In this document: positions 57,211 to 64,000 of the stretch, one piece after another
How positions within the stretch are numbered: position 1 is the stretch's first letter
Layout of the letters: each line of letters begins with the position of its first letter
Source: an uncultured Syntrophomonas sp.
GTDB taxonomy: Bacteria > Bacillota > Syntrophomonadia > Syntrophomonadales > Syntrophomonadaceae
DNA length: 64,000 nucleotides
Assembly: GCA_964457945.1 (NCBI GenBank)
Contig: CAYWFX010000003.1
Coordinates: 99,642 to 163,641 of the forward strand
Direction of reading: 5' to 3'
Notes under the pieces: generated by a model
Told to the model about the DNA's origin: nothing
Database searches by the model: none
Seen by the model: only the letters and a program-made list of their open reading frames with translations
Made by a program: the position numbers and the translations under genes

Positions 57211-58519
57211 AATTTTGAGCCCAAACCTCCAATTCTTTAAGAAATTCTTCCCGTAGTTGGTGCCTGTCGCTCTTAATAACCTCCACAAATCCCATGAAGG
57301 TTCTAATCCACGGTTTCATTTCACGTGGGTCAGTAACATCAATGGCATATAAATATCTGCAATCTCCTAATTTTCGAAGTTCGCCCCACTTGCCTCCATC
57401 TTTTATGCGTTTTACCATATATGGTTCATTTTCCGGTGTAAATGTGAATATTAACTCTACCTTAAAAAGACCTAGGTCCCTTTTCAATGGACTGGCACAC
57501 CAACAAAATTGCATATGCTCATCATAAATAGTATCTAAATCTAGTTCTGCCGGTTTGGTTCCGGTTTCCTTAATAAACCTCATACGATCTATTCTAAATA
57601 TTATAGGAATTAAATTCGTTTCTTTAAATGCACATAAGAACCGCCTTCCATAGAGTTCGTCAATAATTATTTTGTGTGGAATAACATCCTGGTTGACAAT
57701 CCACTCTATAGAATCAAATTTTCTATATTCAAATCTGATAAGAGAAGCTTTATTTACCGCAATGATTAATTGCCAAACAGCCTCATCGTCCAGAACATGC
57801 TGGAAATGACAGTGTTTAAACATAAACATATCTGCCTGAACCTCATTGCAGCTTTGTTCAATTTGCATATATTGCTTCAGTGTATCGGATAGATAATATC
57901 CCGGTGTGCAAGGATAAAAGGTGTTTTTATAAAACTTAACTGCTTGGGCAAGGTTTCTTAGTTCAGAATCTGATAAGTGCTTCAAAATATCATCAGCAAC
58001 TGCATAATATAGGTTCTTTCCCTTGTATGTACTTTTTAATATGCCGATTCCACATAATTCCGTTAATTTACGATATACGGTATTATGATTATATCTCTCT
58101 TGGGGCATTTCTGAATTATAATTTTCTATCATAGCTGAGATTTTATTTTCATCTAATCCTCCTGGATGGCAACTCAATAACTGCATTATCTTCAAGTACA
58201 GTTCAATATCCAGGTTAGTAAAGCTCTTGGTTCGAAATGAATCAATTAAATAATTAGTTGTGGTATTAAACATATTGGAACTCATTCTTACATATTTTTT
58301 CTTGTTCTCAATCTGTTCCGTAATGTTACTGTTATCAAGAAAACCTAATATCTTGCGTTTTTCATTATCGTATTTTCTAGAACTTATCCCGCGGTATTCA
58401 AAGTCTGTTCTGGAAAAGCAGCCATATATAAAAATATCTCTTAAAACGCTTCTGAGTTTTTCGTAGTTGCCGACAAAGTCTCGGTTACTGATTCTTTTCA
58501 CTCTTTCACCCCCACCCAC
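57197..58519 (-). CDS. wHTH + WYL + WCX transcriptional regulator (first of a pair)
   Basis: N-terminal wHTH-like region (NTVYRKLTELCGIGILKS). WYL region IRFEYRK..VIPHKIIIDELYGRRFLCAF..IFRIDRM. C-terminal MKPWIRTFMGFVEVIKSDRHQLREEF. Start uncertain (GTG 58519 or GTG 58501). Confidence 0.65.
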   Translation of the reverse strand: MGGGERVKRISNRDFVGNYEKLRSVLRDIFIYGCFSRTDFEYRGISSRKYDNEKRKILGFLDNSNITEQIENKKKYVRMSSNMFNTTTNYLIDSFRTKSFTNLDIELYLKIMQLLSCHPGGLDENKISAMIENYNSEMPQERYNHNTVYRKLTELCGIGILKSTYKGKNLYYAVADDILKHLSDSELRNLAQAVKFYKNTFYPCTPGYYLSDTLKQYMQIEQSCNEVQADMFMFKHCHFQHVLDDEAVWQLIIAVNKASLIRFEYRKFDSIEWIVNQDVIPHKIIIDELYGRRFLCAFKETNLIPIIFRIDRMRFIKETGTKPAELDLDTIYDEHMQFCWCASPLKRDLGLFKVELIFTFTPENEPYMVKRIKDGGKWGELRKLGDCRYLYAIDVTDPREMKPWIRTFMGFVEVIKSDRHQLREEFLKELEVWAQNYEAI

Positions 58520-58570
58520 TATTGCCTATATCGTAATTCATACCCAATCAATAAAATCCATTTGTGATTA

Positions 58571-58692
58571 AGCACTGAATAAATTTAGCAATTTCGCATG
58601 GTTTTTGAAATGCACCAATTTTAATAGGGGCTTATTATAGATACACGCTCCAGGTAATACTGAAGCAATACATCACGAGGAGGTGAAAATAC
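58571..58692 (+). promoter_or_regulatory. Upstream module copy A (conserved box TTCGCATGGTTTTTGAAATG, -10-like TATTAT, conserved 5' UTR AGGTAATACTGAAGCAATACAT, strong SD)
   Basis: Aligns base-for-base over about 100 nt with copy B at 59226..59342. The conserved box starts 100 nt before the start codon, versus 101 nt in copy B. Confidence 0.6.
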
Positions 58693-58887
58693 ATGTCATT
58701 TACAGACAGACTCTCAAACGGTCTCAAAGGAGCTACTATTGGCAGCACTGCCGTTGCTTCACTCGGCGGAAATATCGTCTCAGGAGTATGTCCAGTAGGT
58801 GGTTCTATTGTAGGCCCACTTGGAAACGGCATAACAGTCGGTTCTGGTACCGGTGTTGCTGTGATCAGTCTATCGGTACTGTCATAA
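58693..58887 (+). CDS. 64-aa glycine-zipper-like small hydrophobic protein
   Basis: GAGGAGG lies 9 nt upstream of the ATG. The sequence is rich in G-x3-G spacing (GATIGSTAVASLGGNIVSGVCPVGGSIVGPLGNGITVGSGTG). Confidence 0.6.
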   Translation: MSFTDRLSNGLKGATIGSTAVASLGGNIVSGVCPVGGSIVGPLGNGITVGSGTGVAVISLSVLS

Positions 58888-58960
58888 GTGGATGGTTTCT
58901 TTGATGGAGGCTAATCATCCTCTTCAATGCCCAACTACTAAAAAAAGGAGGTGAATCGTT

Positions 58961-59035
58961 ATGTCGTGCAAATGCTTAACTTGCCCGCTATCCTTACTTT
59001 GCCTGCTACTTAACCCTTTAAGATGTGGCAGATAG
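58961..59035 (+). CDS. 24-aa Cys-rich micro-ORF (MSCKCLTCPLSLLCLLLNPLRCGR), below the ORF-track cutoff
   Basis: A canonical AAGGAGG lies 8 nt upstream of the ATG. Read manually from the sequence. No other support. Confidence 0.3.
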   Translation: MSCKCLTCPLSLLCLLLNPLRCGR

Positions 59036-59225
59036 GCTGTTTTACTTTTTCCAGTAAGAAAGGAGGTGTCATTTCCATCAAAATATTGGCTCTGTGAGGG
59101 CTAAAAAGGTTAGTTTTTCCTTCTATTTGGAGTTTTAAATCTGGTGGAAGGACTTTTTGCAGTGATACTAGTCTATATTGCAATGGATACTAACGCAATT
59201 AAGTAGATATTTGGCGATAGACAGA

Positions 59226-59342
59226 ATTAATTTCCAACAAATTCGCATGCTTTTTGAAATGTTTCAATTAAGGTATGCAGTTACAATAAGTACATACCCT
59301 AGGTAATGCTGAATCAACACATAATAAAAGGAGGAGAGTATA
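59226..59342 (+). promoter_or_regulatory. Upstream module copy B (TTCGCATGCTTTTTGAAATG, -10 TACAAT, AGGTAATGCTGAATCAACACAT, SD AAGGAGGAG)
   Basis: Paralogous to 58571..58692, with the same spacing to the start codon. Confidence 0.6.
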
Positions 59343-60161
59343 TTGGAAAACAAAAATCATGGTGGTAGTGTATCTGCTGGTATCAAAGAGGTTTACGAAG
59401 CAAAAGTTGGTATTGAGGCAGTTTCAAGAGCTGGTCAGAATAAGAACCTACACGGCATTGTGCACGAAGTGCTCTATAAAGATGCCCAAACCGTTAATCC
59501 CTCAAACCTAATTAAAGGTACAAAAGCTGTTCTAACAAAGTCTACAACAGCTGTCAGGGACGATGTTCTCCTAATGAACGCTGGGAAAGTTGTAGGACGG
59601 ACTCAATTGAAGGATACTGTCCCATCAATCGGAAAAACTGTTAAGCAAGTTGCATCAGGTAAATATCAAGGTACAACCTTAATGGGAACCAAGGAAACGG
59701 TTAAGGCTTTTAATTCAGAGGTTGCAAAAGCAGCTTCGAATGGAGCTAAGGTGACTCAAAAAATGCAATCCACCGGAATTTCTTCTGCTGATACTGCGCG
59801 CATTGCCGGCAAAGCACTCGGAGGCAATATAACGGGTAAGGCACTTGCAAGCGCTGCAAAAAGTTCAGGTGCAGTAGGTGCAGTGGTCTCTGGCGGTTTT
59901 GAAGTCTTTTCCGCAGGCAAAGATCTTTTAGACGGTCAAATAGACGGAGGAGAATTTGTAGGTAGAGTGGCTAAAGAAGCTACTGGCGGCGGTTTGTCAG
60001 CTGCTGCCGCTGGTACTGCAGCTACTGCACTAACTACCGTAGCTGCCGGATTACTAGCTGGAAGTACAGCGCCTGTGTGGGTACCGGTTGTGGCTGGGTT
60101 TGGAGCTGCAATAGCAGTTGGTTCAGCAGCCAAAGGTTTGTGGGATTTCTTATGGGACTAA
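59343..60161 (+). CDS. 272-aa protein: unknown N-terminal domain (NLHGIVHEVLYKD) + Gly/Ala-rich hydrophobic C-terminal region
   Basis: TTG start 7 nt after AAGGAGGAG. The C-terminal 110 aa or so are GxxxG/AxxxA-rich, ending in a probable TM segment (PVWVPVVAGFGAAIAVGSAAKGLW). A short stretch (ALGGNITGKAL) echoes the 64-aa protein (SLGGNIVSGV). Confidence 0.65.
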   Translation: MENKNHGGSVSAGIKEVYEAKVGIEAVSRAGQNKNLHGIVHEVLYKDAQTVNPSNLIKGTKAVLTKSTTAVRDDVLLMNAGKVVGRTQLKDTVPSIGKTVKQVASGKYQGTTLMGTKETVKAFNSEVAKAASNGAKVTQKMQSTGISSADTARIAGKALGGNITGKALASAAKSSGAVGAVVSGGFEVFSAGKDLLDGQIDGGEFVGRVAKEATGGGLSAAAAGTAATALTTVAAGLLAGSTAPVWVPVVAGFGAAIAVGSAAKGLWDFLWD

Positions 60162-60580
60162 CAAGAACAAAATATCATTCCAGGACAGGAGGAGATGTCT
60201 TTTCCTGTCCTAGCATTTGTAAGCAATTGTAAAAATGAATTTTGATGAGAATTAAAATGTATCGATAGCTTATTGGATATTCTTTGATGAAGTATTTGAT
60301 GACTATGAGTAATCAGACTCTTTTCAAAAGTCGCAACATTTTCCTCGTTTATCTCTAGCGGAAATTCTTCTAATAAAACCACTAATACCTTTTGCAGACG
60401 TTCAATTCCAACTGATAATTGGTATAGCACATGAAAAACTTCACATTCTTCTTCAAACCATTCCATTTTGTCGAAGCATTTCATACCGTTATATATGAAT
60501 GTACCCGCAATATCTATTTCTCTTCCCAAATTAAAATTTTTATAGAACTGAATTAAATTCATAATTACATAATCTCCCAT
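60158..60580 (-). CDS. Hypothetical 140-aa protein, possibly a truncated gene
   Basis: This is the first ORF inside the glmS-proximal end. It has no recognised motifs. The C-terminal tail (TGKDISSCPGMIFCSC) overlaps the convergent gene end by 4 nt. Confidence 0.35.
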   Translation of the reverse strand: MGDYVIMNLIQFYKNFNLGREIDIAGTFIYNGMKCFDKMEWFEEECEVFHVLYQLSVGIERLQKVLVVLLEEFPLEINEENVATFEKSLITHSHQILHQRISNKLSIHFNSHQNSFLQLLTNARTGKDISSCPGMIFCSC

Positions 60581-60630
60581 AAACTATTTTTAATTCTAAC
60601 ACACAACCGGATTCGAATTAAAGTTAGCCC

Positions 60631-60728
60631 ACCGAACTTTATTTTTCAGTGGGCCATTTCACTCAAACTTTATTTTAATTACTCAGACTTTATTTTATAT
60701 ACTCAAACAATATTTTAAATCTACAACA
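60631..60728 (-). repeat. glmS-proximal (R-like) end: terminal TGTTGTAG + three abutting 20-bp repeats + a fourth copy
   Basis: The plus strand has ACTCAAACTTTATTTTAATT (60661..60680), ACTCAGACTTTATTTTATAT (60681..60700), ACTCAAACAATATTTTAAAT (60701..60720), ACCGAACTTTATTTTTCAGT (60631..60650), and the terminus CTACAACA (60721..60728). Their reverse complement shares the AATAAAGTT core with the distal-end repeats. Confidence 0.8.
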
Positions 60729-60751
60729 CTCTTAATCTTACCCCACCGCTC

Positions 60752-62656
60752 CTATTCCACCGTGACGCTTTTCGCTAAATTGCGCGGCTTATCGACATCT
60801 GCTCCTCTAAAGATTGCCATGTAATAGGAAAATATTTGCAGAGGTACTACTGATACCATCGGGGCCAGGATGGGGTTTACATTTGGCAAGAGTATCTGCT
60901 CATCGCATTCCTGACAAGCTTCTTGCAGGTTTTCCTTACATATCGCTACTACTACGGCTCCACGGGCTTTTACTTCTTTGATATTGGACATGGTCTTTTC
61001 GACCAAGTTATCTTGAGTAATCAGGGCCAACACTGGTACACCCTCATCGATAAGGGCCAGGGGACCGTGTTTTAACTCTCCGGCGGCATAAGCCTCGGCA
61101 TGGATATAGGATATTTCCTTTAACTTTAAGGCTCCTTCCATGGCTACGGCATAATCCAGACCTCTCCCCAGGAAAAAGGTATCCTGAACACCCTGGTATT
61201 TTTCAGCCAGCTTCTTAATTTTGTCCTCTTCAGTCAAAACCTGCTCCACCAGTTCATCAATATGCGTAATTTCCTCGGCTAGTTCGGCCAACTCTTGCGG
61301 ACTGCAGGTTCCTCTAACCCTGGCCAGGTGAAGCCCCAGGAGATACATTACCAAAAGCTGGGTGGAATATGCCTTGGTGGAAGCGACGGCTATTTCTGGG
61401 CCGGCATGGGTGTAAATGACTCGGTCAGCTTCACGGGCCACAGAGCTCCCTACTACATTCGTAACTGCCAGTACCTTAATACCGTTGCGTTTGGCTTCGC
61501 GCAAAACTGCCAGCGTATCAGCGGTCTCCCCTGATTGACTGATAACCATCATTACAGATTTGGGATTCCAAAGAATATCCCTATAACGGAATTCCGAGGC
61601 TATGTCCGTCTCCACCGAAATGCGGGCCAGTTTTTCCAGGACAGTACGCCCTACCAACCCAGCATGATAGGCAGTTCCGCAGGCTACAATATATATCTTT
61701 TCTACATCGGTAAAAATATCGTCTATCCCTAGATCACTGAGATCAATCATATTGTTTTTTATATTTCCCCGCAGGGTCTCCCTCAGGGCAGTGGGCTGCT
61801 CATGAATTTCTTTGAGCATAAAATGTTCATAGCCGCCTTTTTCTGCTGCTTCCACATCCCAGGTGACTTCAAATATTTCTTTGGCAATCGGGTTACCTGC
61901 AAAGTCAGTAATTACCACGGAATCACTTTTTATTACTACAAACTCGTCATCCTCAATAATGTATACCCTTTTAGTTTTCCCTATAATGGCTGGGATGTCT
62001 GAGGCCAGATAGGTTTCACCTTCACCCAGTCCTACTATCATAGGGCTGGCTTTTTTGGCGGCAATTATTTTGTCGGGTTCATCAGCACATATTACTACTA
62101 TGGCAAAGGAACCATGCACATAAGTTAAGGCTTTACGGACGGCTTCCTCCAGGGAGCCGTTATAATACTTTTCAATTAGATGAACCATTACTTCGGTATC
62201 GGTCTCAGAAACAAAATCATGACCCTCTAATATGAGTTGTTTACGTAAACCGGCATAGTTTTCTATAATCCCATTGTGCACCAGGGCAATACGCCCATTG
62301 CAATCGGTGTGGGGATGTGCGTTAGCATCGCTAGGTACGCCGTGGGTAGCCCAGCGAGTATGTCCAATTGCTAAATTAGTGACCGGAAATTCACCCAGTA
62401 CATCGACCATCTCAGTAAGTCGGCCTTTTTTCTTAACGATTTCGATGCACGCATCTCTATATTCAATAATTGCAGAGCCGCTGCTTTCTTGTTCTCCATT
62501 TTGGTCCACCAACAGTGGCTGATGCTTCTTCTCCTGGGAAGCTTTAAACATGGCAATACCCGCAGAATCATATCCACGGTATTCCAGTTTACTAAGTCCA
62601 TCTATAATTACCGGCACGGCATTACCGTTGCCTATATAACCCATAATTCCACACAT
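60752..62656 (-). CDS. glmS: Glutamine--fructose-6-phosphate aminotransferase
   Basis: MCGI(M)GYIG N-terminal Cys, RLEYRGYDSAG-type motif, two SIS domains, and a C-terminal ..NLAKSVTVE. Confidence 0.97.
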   Translation of the reverse strand: MCGIMGYIGNGNAVPVIIDGLSKLEYRGYDSAGIAMFKASQEKKHQPLLVDQNGEQESSGSAIIEYRDACIEIVKKKGRLTEMVDVLGEFPVTNLAIGHTRWATHGVPSDANAHPHTDCNGRIALVHNGIIENYAGLRKQLILEGHDFVSETDTEVMVHLIEKYYNGSLEEAVRKALTYVHGSFAIVVICADEPDKIIAAKKASPMIVGLGEGETYLASDIPAIIGKTKRVYIIEDDEFVVIKSDSVVITDFAGNPIAKEIFEVTWDVEAAEKGGYEHFMLKEIHEQPTALRETLRGNIKNNMIDLSDLGIDDIFTDVEKIYIVACGTAYHAGLVGRTVLEKLARISVETDIASEFRYRDILWNPKSVMMVISQSGETADTLAVLREAKRNGIKVLAVTNVVGSSVAREADRVIYTHAGPEIAVASTKAYSTQLLVMYLLGLHLARVRGTCSPQELAELAEEITHIDELVEQVLTEEDKIKKLAEKYQGVQDTFFLGRGLDYAVAMEGALKLKEISYIHAEAYAAGELKHGPLALIDEGVPVLALITQDNLVEKTMSNIKEVKARGAVVVAICKENLQEACQECDEQILLPNVNPILAPMVSVVPLQIFSYYMAIFRGADVDKPRNLAKSVTVE

Positions 62657-62732
62657 AATATAACCTCCGGTCCAATTTCATATTGTTAGTTTAATTTTTA
62701 ATATAGTTGGATTTTGCCAGCTATTCAAATTA

Positions 62733-62888
62733 TCATCCACATGTATAGCCTTTTACTAACGCATATTACTATTCGCCTTTGTAGCTATACTAACGGTTGT
62801 GACAACCGGGGGGCACCCGCCGAATCATTCGATAAACCCCCTCCTCGTCACCCGGCCTTCAACTAACGGTTCTGCCGGGTCAGGCGCT
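62733..62888 (-). ncRNA. glmS ribozyme: glmS ribozyme (GlcN6P-dependent self-cleaving riboswitch)
   Basis: The minus strand reads A/GCGCCUGACCCGGCAGAACC...GACGAGGAGGGGGUUUAUCGAAUGAUUCGGCGGGUGCCCCCCGGUUGUCACAACCG.... This matches the conserved core of Bacillus/Thermoanaerobacter glmS ribozymes, including the A/GCGCC cleavage site (62888/62887). Confidence 0.9.
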
Positions 62889-62938
62889 TGCAAGTATCGA
62901 TTCTGAATTCCTCCTTTATTAGGTTTTTAGTCTTACTC

Positions 62939-64000
62939 TTAACTATCCTGGGCCTGTTTAATGGAATTGCTTATATCCGCTATCACCTCCTCAAGTAAAT
63001 ACTGATGTGGTCCCTGCGCCATGATTCTAACCATGGGCTCAGTTCCCGAGGGCCTTACCACTAGTTTTCCCCATTCTCCCAGCTTTTCTTCCGCCCGGCT
63101 CATGGCTGCAGTCACCAGGTCATGGGAAAGAATGGTGTCTTTATCTTCCATGGTGATATTCACCAGGATCTGGGGCTGTTTCTCCATCTCCCGTGCCAGT
63201 TGCGACAAGGGCAGCCCGGTTCTCTTCATAACTTCTACCAGTTTCAATGAGGTTAGTAGTCCGTCACCGGTGGTGGCATGCTCCATAAATATGATATGCC
63301 CGGATTGCTCGCCCCCTATGACCGCTCCGGTTTCTTTCATCTTTTCCAGCACATAGCGGTCGCCCACTTTGCAGCTTTCTACGTGTACGTTTTCTCTGCG
63401 CAATGCTATATTGAGACCAACATTGCTCATAACTGTAGCTACAACTTTAGAAAGTTTGAGTTTACCTTGACGTTGTAAATCCAGTGCACAGATAGTCATA
63501 AGGTGGTCTCCATCTGTTTCGTTGCCGCATTCGTCAATGGCGATACAACGATCAGCATCACCGTCATAAGCAATGCCGATATCAGCTTTAAAATGCAATA
63601 CCGCCCTTTTCAGCCCCTCAGTATAGGTGGAGCCGCAGCGGTCATTTATATTTACTCCGTTGGGCTGGTTGTTAAGGGCAATAACCCTTGCGCCCAGACG
63701 GCTCCATAGCTTAGGACCGGCTTTATAGGCTGCCCCATTGGCACAATCCACCACTATGGTAATATCATTTAATTTCTCCTGTCCAGTATAACAGGAAACC
63801 AGAAAATCCAGATAACGGTTCAGAGCCTCTTCCACATCGTAAACTCGACCTATTTCTTCGCCTATGGGGCGGCTCAAATCCCTGGTTCCATCTACTACCA
63901 ACTTTTCTATTTCGGCTTCTAGTTCATCAGGCAGCTTATACCCATTGGGGCCGAAGAACTTGATTCCATTGTCTTGAACCGGATTATGGGAAGCTGATAT
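62939..64000 (-). CDS. glmM: Phosphoglucosamine mutase, 5' end outside the window
   Basis: The reading frame stays open to the window edge. The active-site ISASHNP is encoded near 63990. DGDADR metal loop and GEQSGH sugar loop. Confidence 0.95.
   Translation of the reverse strand: MSASHNPVQDNGIKFFGPNGYKLPDELEAEIEKLVVDGTRDLSRPIGEEIGRVYDVEEALNRYLDFLVSCYTGQEKLNDITIVVDCANGAAYKAGPKLWSRLGARVIALNNQPNGVNINDRCGSTYTEGLKRAVLHFKADIGIAYDGDADRCIAIDECGNETDGDHLMTICALDLQRQGKLKLSKVVATVMSNVGLNIALRRENVHVESCKVGDRYVLEKMKETGAVIGGEQSGHIIFMEHATTGDGLLTSLKLVEVMKRTGLPLSQLAREMEKQPQILVNITMEDKDTILSHDLVTAAMSRAEEKLGEWGKLVVRPSGTEPMVRIMAQGPHQYLLEEVIADISNSIKQAQDS

Larger units (their letters stand above)
51630..60728 (-). mobile_element. 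Tn7-like element (9.1 kb) at the glmS attachment site, with no recognisable tnsABCD genes
   Basis: The termini TGTGTAGTTTTATAATAAAGTTT.. (51630->) and ..CTACAACA (->60728, reverse complement TGTTGTAGATTTAAAATATTGTTT) form an imperfect inverted repeat of about 28 bp. Both ends carry multi-copy subterminal sites. The glmS-proximal end lies 23 nt after the glmS stop codon. Confidence 0.65.

Noticed and set aside
58598-58613. Sigma-54 promoter (TGGTTTTTGAAATGCA fits GG-N10-GC spacing) in upstream module A
   Set aside because: The paralogous module B has TGC...TGT at the same positions, lacking both the GG and GC dinucleotides. The match in copy A is therefore probably fortuitous. No EBP-type activator is encoded nearby.
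58683-58904. Alternative 73-aa Arg/Cys/Trp-rich ORF overlapping the 64-aa Gly-rich ORF
   Set aside because: Its GTG start directly abuts the SD with no spacer, whereas ATG 58693 has ideal 9-nt spacing. Its composition looks like an off-frame translation of a Gly-rich (GGN) gene.
59059-59110. Second strong SD (AAAGGAGG) after the Cys-rich micro-ORF
   Set aside because: No ATG, GTG or TTG lies at a usable distance in an open frame. Only a 17-codon ATT-initiated frame is available. It is not called as a gene.
1-64000. tRNA, rRNA, tmRNA genes and CRISPR arrays
   Set aside because: I scanned the intergenic regions by eye. I found no cloverleaf-like GTTCRANYC/T-loop contexts, no rRNA-like stretches, and no regularly spaced 25-40-bp direct repeats. 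The only phased short repeats are the MarR operator, the TetR repeats and the Tn7-like end sites.

Overview
This 64-kb chromosomal window looks like a low-GC Gram-positive anaerobe. That is an inference from gene content: a glmM / glmS-ribozyme / glmS arrangement, [FeFe]-hydrogenase maturases hydEFG, a 2-hydroxyacyl-CoA-dehydratase-type activase, and cell-wall proteins carrying a copper-amine-oxidase N-domain. Roughly the first 29 kb is housekeeping and accessory metabolism: a histidine kinase tail, a Mn2+ riboswitch-controlled htpX-terC operon, two MarR units, SDR, aminotransferase, DegV, acyl-CoA dehydrogenase, a G+C-rich KatE catalase, and an RND pump with its TetR. Three regions deserve attention. 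(1) 29.5-37.6 kb is a RiPP cluster with two different Nif11-type leader precursors that have Cys-rich cores, one radical-SAM/SPASM maturase, and the HlyD + C39-ABC + ABC export trio. (2) 42.9-48.3 kb is a hydE-hydG-hydF operon with a TM1266-like regulator and an aspA-like lyase. It is followed by an IS1182-family element that appears to be inserted in the end of an IS256-family element. (3) 51.63-60.73 kb is a 9.1-kb element with Tn7-like architecture, meaning TGT termini and multi-copy subterminal 20-bp sites. It ends 23 nt after the glmS stop codon but carries no tns transposition genes. Its cargo is a 1400-aa TPR / STAND-ATPase / C-terminal HEPN protein, a translationally coupled pair of WYL regulators, and divergent Gly-zipper proteins driven by two paralogous 100-nt upstream modules. 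I consider this the best candidate for an undescribed (defence-like) system. No tRNA, rRNA or CRISPR array was seen. All family names come from motif reading by eye, not from database searches.
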